Notes: generated by a model from the letters alone, not told the origin. DNA of 64,000 nucleotides from an uncultured Candidatus Saccharibacteria bacterium (GCA_964610125.1 CAZSUV010000001.1:383877-447876), one strand, 5' to 3'. Positions 37,518-46,564 are shown, counted from the stretch's first letter. Numbers and translations are program-made.

Positions 37518-39099
37518 CTAATAATTTCTTTGTTTCTTCAATATCGTTCCAGGGGTATTCTGTTTGCCCAAAGCAAAGTGATTTTTCATGAGCCTTGCCT
37601 GTGATAATTATGATGTCATCTGGTTGTGCTATTTCCAAAGCTCTTTTAATTGCATCTCTTCGATTAACGACATTATTGCTTACATCATCAAATCTTATTA
37701 AAGTACTATTTTTATTCTTTCCTTCTTTCCATCCTGTTTCTATTTGATCATTTATCTCTTTTAAACTTTCTAATCTTGGATCTTCAGCTGTTAGTATTGT
37801 AATATCTGCTAGTTCATTAGAGACCTTCCCCATCATAGGCCTTTTGTAAAAATCTCTATGACCTGCGGAACCAAATACATTAATTATTCTTCCTTTAGTT
37901 TTATGTTTATTCAATGAGCTAAGTACTTCAAACAAAGCATTTGGCGTATGAGCGTAATCAACAATTACTTTAAAAGGTGTTTCTTGAAGAATTTGCATTC
38001 TCCCTGCTACAGTACTAAAGGTTGAGATGTATTTAACGCAATCTTCTATTGAGATACCCTCTTGCATACAGAGCAAAGAGGCACACATAAAATTACTGGC
38101 ATTATATTCACCTAAAATTGGTAATCTTACATCATACTGCTTATCCTCGTTCTGCAAGACGAATGTAAGCCCACTTTCATCTTCATTCAACTTGCTACAA
38201 ACCAAGTCTGCATCGGCAATTCTGCTATATGTTTGGTACTTAGATGCAATTTTAGACAGTACATCAAAAGACTTATCATCTTTATTCAATATAACCATAC
38301 CACCAATTTTTAAATGTTTTGAAATTAACAATGATTTAGCATGACAATAGTTCTCCCAAGTCTTATGATAATCCAAATGCTCTGAAGTAATATTGGTATA
38401 CCCAACTTCATCAAATTTCAAACCCGCTAGTCTTCCTTGCTCCAATCCATGAGAGGTACTTTCTATAATAATGTGGGTACAATTTTCCTTTTCAGCAATT
38501 TCAATAATTTTTGCAATTTCTTGAGAAGAAGGAGTTGTCGTATGTAAAAATCCTGTATCCACCTCCTTGTCATTGATAATACAGGAAACTGTTGTTATTA
38601 GGGCGGGCTTATATCCAGATTCTTTCAAAATATGATAAACCATTGTACAAGTTGAGGTTTTTCCATCGGTACCCGTAACGCCTATATATTTTATTTTGGA
38701 CTGATCTACAAAATAGAGTGGAGCTATATCCGATTGAATAAATGCTTCTTTCGCTGAATCGCTCATTTGCCCTGATTCATAATCATTGGTTATCTGATGA
38801 TAAAAATGGCCTATTTCATGTCCAACAAGATCCTTATTATCCTCAAATATTATTGCTTGAACTTTTTGAGGTAGATCGTTGGAATAAAGATAGAAGTCTC
38901 CTTCTAAATGCTCTCCAACATTGGGATTTCTATAATTAATTACAATTCCGAGTTTCTCTAATTCTTTTGTATTATCATTCTTTTTAAGATCATACCCTAT
39001 GATTTCAACACCTAAGAGAGAAAGAAATTTTGCAATATAATATGCACCTTTTCCCCCGATACCCAAAATACTTATTTTTTTAATATTTGAATAATCCAT
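37507..39099 (-). CDS. murE: UDP-N-acetylmuramoyl-tripeptide (MurE-like) ligase with MurC/D-type N-terminal domain
   Basis: GVTGTDGKTST, HTTTP, ESTSHGL.Q.R, TNITSEHLDYH, VDYAHTP, RD..KRP.MG, EDPR, GKAHE; N-terminus LGIGGKG. Confidence 0.82.
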   Translation of the reverse strand: MDYSNIKKISILGIGGKGAYYIAKFLSLLGVEIIGYDLKKNDNTKELEKLGIVINYRNPNVGEHLEGDFYLYSNDLPQKVQAIIFEDNKDLVGHEIGHFYHQITNDYESGQMSDSAKEAFIQSDIAPLYFVDQSKIKYIGVTGTDGKTSTCTMVYHILKESGYKPALITTVSCIINDKEVDTGFLHTTTPSSQEIAKIIEIAEKENCTHIIIESTSHGLEQGRLAGLKFDEVGYTNITSEHLDYHKTWENYCHAKSLLISKHLKIGGMVILNKDDKSFDVLSKIASKYQTYSRIADADLVCSKLNEDESGLTFVLQNEDKQYDVRLPILGEYNASNFMCASLLCMQEGISIEDCVKYISTFSTVAGRMQILQETPFKVIVDYAHTPNALFEVLSSLNKHKTKGRIINVFGSAGHRDFYKRPMMGKVSNELADITILTAEDPRLESLKEINDQIETGWKEGKNKNSTLIRFDDVSNNVVNRRDAIKRALEIAQPDDIIIITGKAHEKSLCFGQTEYPWNDIEETKKLLAIS

Positions 39100-39107
39100 T
39101 TACTATT

Positions 39108-39464
39108 TTACAGTTGGTATGGCGTATATTCTGCTGGAACATCAGTAGGAGATTCTAAAACTATAAATTTTTCATCTCCATCTCTATCATTAAAGACAAC
39201 GGTGCTTATACCAGAATTATCAGTAATCTCTGCTATATTTCTCTGAACAATAGCATTATATCCCTCTTGAGGATTGATACCTTCAAAAACCTTTCCGATT
39301 GTTGGAACCAATAAAGCACGATTCCAGTTTGCTGTTCCATCTGGTATATCAAGTCCTGGAACTGGAAGATCATCTTGATCAAGAACAGCTCCGGCATACC
39401 TATCTATTAATGCTTTCTCAGTCTCTGTAAATACTCTTTTTGTTTGTAATAGATCAGGATTCAT
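39108..39464 (-). CDS. Hypothetical protein
   Basis: 118-aa ORF co-oriented with murE, no recognisable motif. Confidence 0.6.
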   Translation of the reverse strand: MNPDLLQTKRVFTETEKALIDRYAGAVLDQDDLPVPGLDIPDGTANWNRALLVPTIGKVFEGINPQEGYNAIVQRNIAEITDNSGISTVVFNDRDGDEKFIVLESPTDVPAEYTPYQL

Positions 39465-39542
39465 AAATATAAATTCTTAATATTTTAATGATAAATATTA
39501 CCATAAATTGTTAATAAATAATAAAGATATTCTATAAGTTAT

Positions 39543-40409
39543 TTATAATAACGTCTCCCAGAACTTCGTTAATTCTTCCCTGTATTCATTTCTCGTCATA
39601 GCATACTTTATCTGTGCTTCTAAATAGTTCAATGGATCACCCGTAGTCAACCATTCACCATCCACAGCCTTGCAATATACATTCTTTACCTTGCATAGTT
39701 TGTCTAAAGCCACAGGGAAATATAATTCTCCTTGTTGAATATTTTCCTTGTTTAAATAATCAAAAATACTGTAATCAACTAAATATCTTCCATAAGTTGC
39801 CAATAATGAAGGTGGATTTTCTAATGGTTTCTCAACAATGGTCTCAATTATTCTTTTCTCTTCATCCCTAAATGATGCTGCCCCATATTTATGTATCTCC
39901 TTAGCATCAACCTCTTGAGCCGCTACAACCCCTCCAATGTTGTTATCCGTAGCCTTCCTCATATTATATTCATCCACCAATTGCTTAACTGCAGAAACCT
40001 CTGAAAGTACTAAATCATCACTAAATATGAATACAAAAGGTTCTCCTTCCTTTAACCAAGGTTTAGCAGCTAATACAGGAGATCCATTTCCATATGGCAA
40101 TGCCTTGTTCTGCCTTACAACAGTAATATTTACCTTACCAAACACCTCCTTAAATCTTTCATATCTCTCTTCTTTTCCTGTTTCCTTTAAGAACGATTCT
40201 AAATCAGGACGATTATCAAAATAGTCTTCAACAGGATAGTTACCAAAACTAGTAACCAAGATTACATCTGTAATTCCAGCATCAATACATTCCTTAACAA
40301 TTTCGTGAATAATTGGAACTTCCTGTATAGGAAGCATAGACTTAGGAACACTCTTACACACCGGAAGAAAACGAGTAGAGTAGCCAGCGGTAGCTATAAC
40401 AGCTTTCAT
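39543..40409 (-). CDS. galU: UTP--glucose-1-phosphate uridylyltransferase
   Basis: KAVIATAGYSTRFLP..K..PK.MLPI, RQ...YGNG, IVEKP...PS.LA..GRY. Confidence 0.88.
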   Translation of the reverse strand: MKAVIATAGYSTRFLPVCKSVPKSMLPIQEVPIIHEIVKECIDAGITDVILVTSFGNYPVEDYFDNRPDLESFLKETGKEERYERFKEVFGKVNITVVRQNKALPYGNGSPVLAAKPWLKEGEPFVFIFSDDLVLSEVSAVKQLVDEYNMRKATDNNIGGVVAAQEVDAKEIHKYGAASFRDEEKRIIETIVEKPLENPPSLLATYGRYLVDYSIFDYLNKENIQQGELYFPVALDKLCKVKNVYCKAVDGEWLTTGDPLNYLEAQIKYAMTRNEYREELTKFWETLL

Positions 40410-40448
40410 AGGATAATCAGTAACAAGTTAGTAGATATTGTACACTTT

Positions 40449-40889
40449 TTAATACAAAGTATGAACCCCGTTTTTGTATTCGTTATAAACCTCTTTACAT
40501 GCTTCTGTTTCTAAAGGCATCTCTACATATTCATCCTTACTATTCCCTTGCTCTTCAGCAAACCCTATATCCTTCGCATCATTGTAATCACAACCATAAT
40601 ATACTTTGGATAGCTTTGCCCACATGATAGCGGCTTTACACATAGGACAAGGCTGACCAGTAACATATAGCTCACATCCCGAGAGATCAAAATTTCTAAG
40701 TTTCTTCGATGCAATCTGAATAGCTCTAATTTCAGCATGATTCGTAGCGTCCTTTCTTCTCACAACCTCGTTATGTGCCTTTGCTACAATCTTGCCATCT
40801 TTTACAATCACACATCCAAATGGTCCACCATGCTTGTGATTAATACCATATCTAGCTTCATCAATTGCAACCTTCATAAATTCATTCAT
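40449..40889 (-). CDS. Zinc-dependent nucleoside/guanine deaminase (CDA fold)
   Basis: GGPFGCVIV, HAE, PCPMC, IMWA; GuaD-like. Confidence 0.88.
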   Translation of the reverse strand: MNEFMKVAIDEARYGINHKHGGPFGCVIVKDGKIVAKAHNEVVRRKDATNHAEIRAIQIASKKLRNFDLSGCELYVTGQPCPMCKAAIMWAKLSKVYYGCDYNDAKDIGFAEEQGNSKDEYVEMPLETEACKEVYNEYKNGVHTLY

Positions 40890-41740
40890 TAGAATTTTCT
40901 ACCAAAATTAATATCTTCTACCATAAGTTTCTTACCTGTTCTCCCTAAATCTTGCTCATACCTATGTGCAAAATCTCTGTACTCAAGTATCTTTTTAGTC
41001 CTTTCCTTAACACTACGCTCTCCAATCATCCCAGGTCCACCAATACAACCACCTTCACAAGTCAAAATATCCAAAAATTTATAATTCTTGTACATACCAT
41101 CTTTAAATTCAGAAAGTACCTTTACTATATTCTCTACACCATCAGTAACAAGAATGTCTTTCTCTTCCAATATGTTTTTGTAATGAAGAGTAGAGGATAG
41201 CCCACCAGAGATAGGGTAGATCTTGGTATAGTCATTGTAAAATTTTTCAAAGGTCACACAATATTTTGAATCTGTAACCTTCTCCGGAATGTTATGTAAT
41301 TTGAAGAGTTCATTTAATTCTTTAAATGTTAAAGCCTCATCAATAGTTCCAAGTTCCTGTGCTTCATTCTTTTTAGTAATACATGGGCCAACAAATACTC
41401 GTTTGTAATCTGGGTAGTATTTCTTACATATGAGAGCCATAGCGCCCATAGGAGAGAGGACTGGAACAAGATTTGGAATTAATTCTGGAAATTTTACCTT
41501 AATCATATTAACCAGTGTAGGGCATGGAGATGCTATCCACGTTTTCTTTTCTCCCTTTTCTAAACTTTCTTTTAGTAATTCGTAGTAAGCAATATTCACC
41601 ATCTTAGCTCCAAATGTAAGCTCTAAGACTTCATTAAATCCTAACTGCCTTAATCTGTAAACTATTTCTGGATATTCAAATTCAGCTGCAAACGAGGGTG
41701 CTAACATACATAGATATTTTTGTCCTTGTACAAATTCCAT
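40889..41740 (-). CDS. Minimal [FeFe]-hydrogenase-like protein (H-cluster domain only)
   Basis: LAPSF, ASPCP (L1-like), GPCITKKNE (L2), DILTCEGGCIGGPG (L3); no accessory ferredoxin domain; 283 aa. Confidence 0.8.
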   Translation of the reverse strand: MEFVQGQKYLCMLAPSFAAEFEYPEIVYRLRQLGFNEVLELTFGAKMVNIAYYELLKESLEKGEKKTWIASPCPTLVNMIKVKFPELIPNLVPVLSPMGAMALICKKYYPDYKRVFVGPCITKKNEAQELGTIDEALTFKELNELFKLHNIPEKVTDSKYCVTFEKFYNDYTKIYPISGGLSSTLHYKNILEEKDILVTDGVENIVKVLSEFKDGMYKNYKFLDILTCEGGCIGGPGMIGERSVKERTKKILEYRDFAHRYEQDLGRTGKKLMVEDINFGRKF

Positions 41741-41803
41741 ATATTAAATATATCTTAAGTAGGTACGTCTGTAAAATATTTAAGATTGATATATACTGGA
41801 TAT

Positions 41804-42316
41804 ATGGAACTGCTTCAGAAAGAAAATCTCAAACAAATATTGTTGAATGAAAAAGTACAACTTTCTGTAGTATACGTATTAGCTTTTACAATTCCTTTCA
41901 TATTTAAACAGCCACAGCTTCTCATTGGGAGCATCATAAACTTCATACTCATTTTCTCCATATCAAAATATGGATTAAAGAAGATAATTCCTGTATTGTT
42001 TTTACCATCACTAGCATCCTTTCTAAATGGAGTACTCTTTGGAGTATTCACTCCATATTTACTCTATTTAATGCCGTTCATAGTCCTTTCCAACCTCATA
42101 CTTGTACTTACGGTTAGATATATAAAGGTGAGGTATTTAAATGTAGGAATAGCAGCATTACTTAAGACTTGTTTCTTGTTTTCAGCTGCATATATACTCT
42201 TCAATACAGTTCATATACCAGAGATATTTCTAACCTCAATGGGGCTCATACAGCTCTACACAGCTCTAATTGGTGGAACGTTAGCATCCATATTTTTAAC
42301 TTCTAAGCAATCATAG
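41804..42316 (+). CDS. Integral membrane protein, ECF S-component-like
   Basis: About 5-6 TM, QLLIGSIINFIL, MPFI.LSN, QLYTALIGG. Confidence 0.6.
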   Translation: MELLQKENLKQILLNEKVQLSVVYVLAFTIPFIFKQPQLLIGSIINFILIFSISKYGLKKIIPVLFLPSLASFLNGVLFGVFTPYLLYLMPFIVLSNLILVLTVRYIKVRYLNVGIAALLKTCFLFSAAYILFNTVHIPEIFLTSMGLIQLYTALIGGTLASIFLTSKQS

Positions 42317-42317
42317 C

Positions 42318-42998
42318 ATGTACATAGATCCAATATATTGGTACTTTGCACTACCAGGATTCGTAATAACCATAATAGCTCAGATATATGTAAAAATTGT
42401 ATATGGAAAATACAATAGCATTCCTGTAGCTAAACATACTGGTATGGAAGTAGCAAAACTAATAAAAAACGGTGAAAGATTTCCAGTAGAAATATATCCC
42501 CGAGGAGGGAAATTAGAAGACTATTTTGACCCTACAAAAGATCTTGTAAACATATCTGCAGATAACATAGAGCAGGGCACTGTAGCAAATATAGCTGTGG
42601 TAGCCCATGAGTTTGGTCATGTACAACAGAAATTTGAGAAATCACCAATCTTTAGATTTAGAATGATTCTAACTGGAATTACTAAGTTTACATCTAGCAT
42701 TGGATATATACTTTTCATAATTGGGATACTACTCTCCGCATTAAGATTGGCCGAAATAGGGCTAGTATTCTTCTCAACAAGCACATTGTTTGCACTCATA
42801 ACCATACCTGTGGAAGTAGATGCAAGTAAAAGAGGAATGGGATTCATAAAGAAGTATGATCTTCTAGATAGCTACGATACAAATGGAGCAAAACAGGTAT
42901 TAACGGCAGCAGTATTTACATATATTGCAGGATTTCTCTCTTCTGCATTAAATCTGCTTTACTACATTAATATACTAGGTGGAAGAAGAAGAAATTAA
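42318..42998 (+). CDS. Zinc metallopeptidase, YugP-like membrane family
   Basis: DYFDP, AVVAHEFGHVQQ (HExxH), TIPVEVDASKR, VLTAAVFTYIA. Confidence 0.9.
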   Translation: MYIDPIYWYFALPGFVITIIAQIYVKIVYGKYNSIPVAKHTGMEVAKLIKNGERFPVEIYPRGGKLEDYFDPTKDLVNISADNIEQGTVANIAVVAHEFGHVQQKFEKSPIFRFRMILTGITKFTSSIGYILFIIGILLSALRLAEIGLVFFSTSTLFALITIPVEVDASKRGMGFIKKYDLLDSYDTNGAKQVLTAAVFTYIAGFLSSALNLLYYINILGGRRRN

Positions 42999-43000
42999 TT

Positions 43001-43687
43001 CTAAATTTCTCCTTTTAAATATGCTTTTCGCTTAGTCTCTTCAAACTTCTCAATTGCATACCTTAACATAGTTCTAGGCAGCTCCTTGTAATATTGTTTC
43101 AGGAATTTCTCTTCAATAGCCTGATCTTTATTCCCAACCTCTCTTAACATCCAACCCACAGCTTTGTGAATGAGATCATGTTTGTGATGAAGTAATATCT
43201 CAGCTATAGCCAATGTATCCTTGAAATCACCTTCCTTTATGAACGCAAAAGTAGCCATAATACTTACTCTTTGTTTCCAAAGATTGTTGCTTTTAGCTAA
43301 TTCATATAATATTGATCTATCCTTGTCCTTAAGATATTTTCCAACAATATTGGGAGTCGTCACATCAACTAAATCCCAGTTATTAATATATTCCAAATTG
43401 TTGATATAGAAATCATATATCTCCTTATTCAAAGGCATATATGTAAGTGTTAGTAATGCAAACATTCGATATTCATGTATCTCACTGCTGATAAACGGTT
43501 TTAAATCGTATAGGGTTACGACTTTTGAATATTTCTTAGCAATCTTTCTAATATCAGGCATAACAATACCAACAAATATATCACCCTCCCCATACTCTCC
43601 TTTTCCTGTTTTGAAAAACCATTGTAACTCCTTTGCTTTTTTAGGGTTTGAAACACTTTTTAATTCTTTTAATATCTCTTCTTTCAT
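43001..43687 (-). CDS. DNA alkylation repair protein (AlkD-like)
   Basis: FFKTGKGEYGEGD, NNWDLVD, HDLIHKAVGWMLRE, PRTMLRYAIE. Confidence 0.92.
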   Translation of the reverse strand: MKEEILKELKSVSNPKKAKELQWFFKTGKGEYGEGDIFVGIVMPDIRKIAKKYSKVVTLYDLKPFISSEIHEYRMFALLTLTYMPLNKEIYDFYINNLEYINNWDLVDVTTPNIVGKYLKDKDRSILYELAKSNNLWKQRVSIMATFAFIKEGDFKDTLAIAEILLHHKHDLIHKAVGWMLREVGNKDQAIEEKFLKQYYKELPRTMLRYAIEKFEETKRKAYLKGEI

Positions 43688-44385
43688 TACTGTTTAATAG
43701 CTTTTTTAAATAGTTCGGCAGAATATATAACCATCTTCATTTCAGCTTTCAATGTATCCACGGTAATATTTACTTCATCCATAGTAATAGTATCTGGTGA
43801 ATTATTTGTCCTTACAAACAACCATAGCTTGTCTGTAACCAACCCCGAAACTATTGCCTTAGATTGTAATTGAGAGATCATATCCTGTTTTGAAACAAAT
43901 GAAAAAATAGATTCCCCATTTTCAAATACATGCTTAGGGTGGGTATGTAAATTGAAAAGATATTGTATAGATACTTTTTTAGGAGCATCTTTGTAATATA
44001 CGTCCTTACGCTTGTATATACTCCCATCCATATATATTTCCTTTCTAAAATATCCTTTACGCGTAGGATGTTGTATATACTTAACAGAAATATTGTGATT
44101 TGATGTTACAGAACTCTCTTGTCCCTTTATAACAGATGTAAAGATCAATTCTCCATCAACCATAAAAACGGATATTTCTCTTTCTAGTCCGTCTTTCAAT
44201 GTCATTTTGTGGATAGAAACCACTTCTTTCCAAAAAGATTCAGGTAAAGCTATTGCCTGTGGAAGATTGTATTCAAATGGAAATATCCCATCTTCTTTCA
44301 GTCGGTTAATTTTCTTGTAGAATTCTATAAATGGGATACTAGAAATTCGACTGTCTGTGAATAGATCTTTCAGAAATTCAAACAT
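43687..44385 (-). CDS. Hypothetical protein with JAB/MPN-like HxH...SxxD motif
   Basis: LEREIS, LHTHP, FVSKQD; coupled to the alkD-like gene. Confidence 0.55.
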   Translation of the reverse strand: MFEFLKDLFTDSRISSIPFIEFYKKINRLKEDGIFPFEYNLPQAIALPESFWKEVVSIHKMTLKDGLEREISVFMVDGELIFTSVIKGQESSVTSNHNISVKYIQHPTRKGYFRKEIYMDGSIYKRKDVYYKDAPKKVSIQYLFNLHTHPKHVFENGESIFSFVSKQDMISQLQSKAIVSGLVTDKLWLFVRTNNSPDTITMDEVNITVDTLKAEMKMVIYSAELFKKAIKQ

Positions 44386-44509
44386 CCTTTAGCTATTTGT
44401 TAACCTTAAATATGTCTATACATTGTATCATTTACTTAAGGAATTTTCTGGCTGTTACTGTTGAGAGAATTAATATACAATTAGATATAACTTAATCGAA
44501 TAGATAGTT

Positions 44510-45070
44510 ATGAAAAACGCTACTGCCATATTTGTGTTTTTAGGATTGATATTTGTCGGTGTAATTATATTTGCCTTTATATATCTCCCTAAGATGGTTG
44601 ATGCTAATGGTATTGGTTACAAGAATATTACAATGGAATTGCCTGTAGATATGACCAATATGAGGTACTATGGTACTGGTATTACTTCTTTTTGTGTTAA
44701 CAAGGATAATGGTATTGGGATAGAGGTTAAGGAAAATACTGCCGTATTAGCTCCTGTTTCTGGAGTAGTTACTAATATATATGAGGGTCCTAACCGTATA
44801 GCCCTAGAACCTGATACCAATGTTTTAGTGTCTGTTAGTCCTGTGGTTAAGCTTAATGTTAGTGTAGGGGACTATGTTAACGCAGGAGATGTACTGGGAT
44901 ACTCAGAGGGTACCAATATTCACTTCATCTTAGATAATCAGAAGAATGATAGGTATGAGTGTCCATTCTTGTATTTGAATGAGGATGACAAAAATACCAT
45001 ATTGAATGGATTAAAACTTACTACCAGTACTACGGGTAGGATATGTGAATGTGATGTGATGAGGTATTAG
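44510..45070 (+). CDS. Membrane-anchored M23-peptidase-fold protein, apparently degenerate
   Basis: N-terminal TM, VLAPVSGVV, VSVGDYVNAGDVLG, IHF; HxxxD and HxH ligands not intact. Confidence 0.6.
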   Translation: MKNATAIFVFLGLIFVGVIIFAFIYLPKMVDANGIGYKNITMELPVDMTNMRYYGTGITSFCVNKDNGIGIEVKENTAVLAPVSGVVTNIYEGPNRIALEPDTNVLVSVSPVVKLNVSVGDYVNAGDVLGYSEGTNIHFILDNQKNDRYECPFLYLNEDDKNTILNGLKLTTSTTGRICECDVMRY

Positions 45071-45083
45071 AAAAACGTTCTTT

Positions 45084-45141
45084 AATCTGTACATACTTTC
45101 CACTTAGGGATACTACTCAAGGTAGTGTGTATGTACAGATT
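45084..45141. repeat. 13-bp perfect inverted repeat enclosing two small hairpins
   Basis: AATCTGTACATAC / GTATGTACAGATT; inner TCC-ACTTAG-GGA and ACTAC-TCAAG-GTAGT. Confidence 0.75.
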
Positions 45142-45478
45142 GTGGACAGAAGAGAATCAATTCATTGAAATCATTTCGAGGGATGGGGGGGGCATCCTTA
45201 AGAAACAGCATGAATTGCTGATTTAGATTCTCAATCTATCCAATGCATTTTGTTGCTCTTTACTCCTAAAAGAATAGGGATCAGCTCCTGATGAATGCGT
45301 TTGTAGAGAAATTTTACCTATACCAGTAACGGTAAATTCCATAGATTTCTCTACGACAGAGGGGTGGAAGTAGGGAGACTTCTCAATTTGCTGGAATATT
45401 GGGCAAATTAAATCCTCTTGATGTATTTGTTTTTAAAATAGCAAATAGGATTATACATTACTATAGGTATTATTTCAA

Positions 45479-45736
45479 GAACTGAGAGTATAGCCATAGG
45501 CATATATTTTACATAGGGTTTAACCTATGCTCTCAGTTCCTGTTATTGTATCTTGGATCCTATCCAAGTGTGCTTGCCCACCCGAACAGGACCCTTAACG
45601 AATAATAGTGGTTTTTAAAGAAGGAAAGGAACTTCTGGTAATCCAAAGGGTTCTGAGGGCGTAACCCTTAGAATATTTTGAAGTGAGGAAAACTTCTTCA
45701 AAAAGTTGGACTCCATTGCACCACGCACTATTATTC
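45479..45736 (+). ncRNA. Candidate multi-stem non-coding RNA upstream of tRNA-His
   Basis: Stems 45479-45493/45525-45539, 45539-45544/45585-45590, 45600-45610/45726-45736 with nested hairpins; G-U pairs favour the + strand; TATTAT at 45468. Confidence 0.45.
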
Positions 45737-45836
45737 CAGTAAGAGCGATATTTATAACTCTTTATTATATGCTACAGGTTAATAAGAATACAATATAGAG
45801 AAATGGAATAAGATAGGGTATAATACTTTTCGATAT

Positions 45837-45914
45837 GGTGGGTATAGCTCAATTGGTTAGAGCATTGGTTTGTGGAACCAAGGGTTACGGGTTCAAGTCC
45901 CGTTATCCACCCCA
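45837..45914 (+). tRNA. tRNA-His (GTG) with encoded G-1 and CCA
   Basis: G-1, acceptor GTGGGTA/TATCCAC, anticodon arm TTGGT-TTGTGGA-ACCAA, GTTCAAGTC, C73-CCA; TATAAT at 45819. Confidence 0.97.
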
Positions 45915-45928
45915 TATAGAAATTTCAT

Positions 45929-46564
45929 ATGCATAATAAACCTTCTGGAAAAAACGGAATTGCTCGAGTGAAAATAAATCCTAATTCTTATGTTTTTGTA
46001 CCAATAATATTACCTTTAGATAAAGCATCTAAAGAAAATTATTTTGTTGAAAGATTTGTGCAAGAGACAAAGAAAGTTGGATTTAAAATACATAGTTACA
46101 AAGCAAATCAAGAGAACGATTTTGATTTTATATTGAATATAGGTAATCATGAAGATGTTTACCTCGAACTCAAAGAAGTTTTACCTCAAATCACAGAAAA
46201 GGGTTCTCCATACGAAACAAGAAATACAAGCATAAATAATTACGATTATGCGAATTCTGTTGCAAAGGAAATAGTGGCATATTCCAAGAAGTATTCTTCT
46301 GATAAACCTCTTCATTTATTACTGTATACTTCGGATTATAAATTTGCGTTATCAGATATTGCAACCATGTTATTAAAATATTTCCTTAAGGATCAAAAAC
46401 TAATATTTGAATACATATTTCTCTATACACCAATAGACCAAACTAATGGAGAAGTTAAGTTAATATACCCATCAGAACAATCTTTTGATGAAAACTTCAA
46501 TCCAGAGAAATACAAAGATTCTATTTGCATACCATTAGACCCTGCAGGATTTACATTATTATAA
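45929..46564 (+). CDS. Hypothetical protein, possible PD-(D/E)xK nuclease fold
   Basis: E...NDFDF(x11)ELKE arrangement; starts 15 bp after tRNA-His. Confidence 0.55.
   Translation: MHNKPSGKNGIARVKINPNSYVFVPIILPLDKASKENYFVERFVQETKKVGFKIHSYKANQENDFDFILNIGNHEDVYLELKEVLPQITEKGSPYETRNTSINNYDYANSVAKEIVAYSKKYSSDKPLHLLLYTSDYKFALSDIATMLLKYFLKDQKLIFEYIFLYTPIDQTNGEVKLIYPSEQSFDENFNPEKYKDSICIPLDPAGFTLL

Noticed and set aside
45084-45141. Hammerhead ribozyme
   Set aside because: Three-way junction with GAAA, but no CUGANGA core on either strand
45580-45715. RNase P RNA (fragments resembling the P4 strands)
   Set aside because: Matches are weak and in the wrong order; kept only as an unassigned ncRNA candidate
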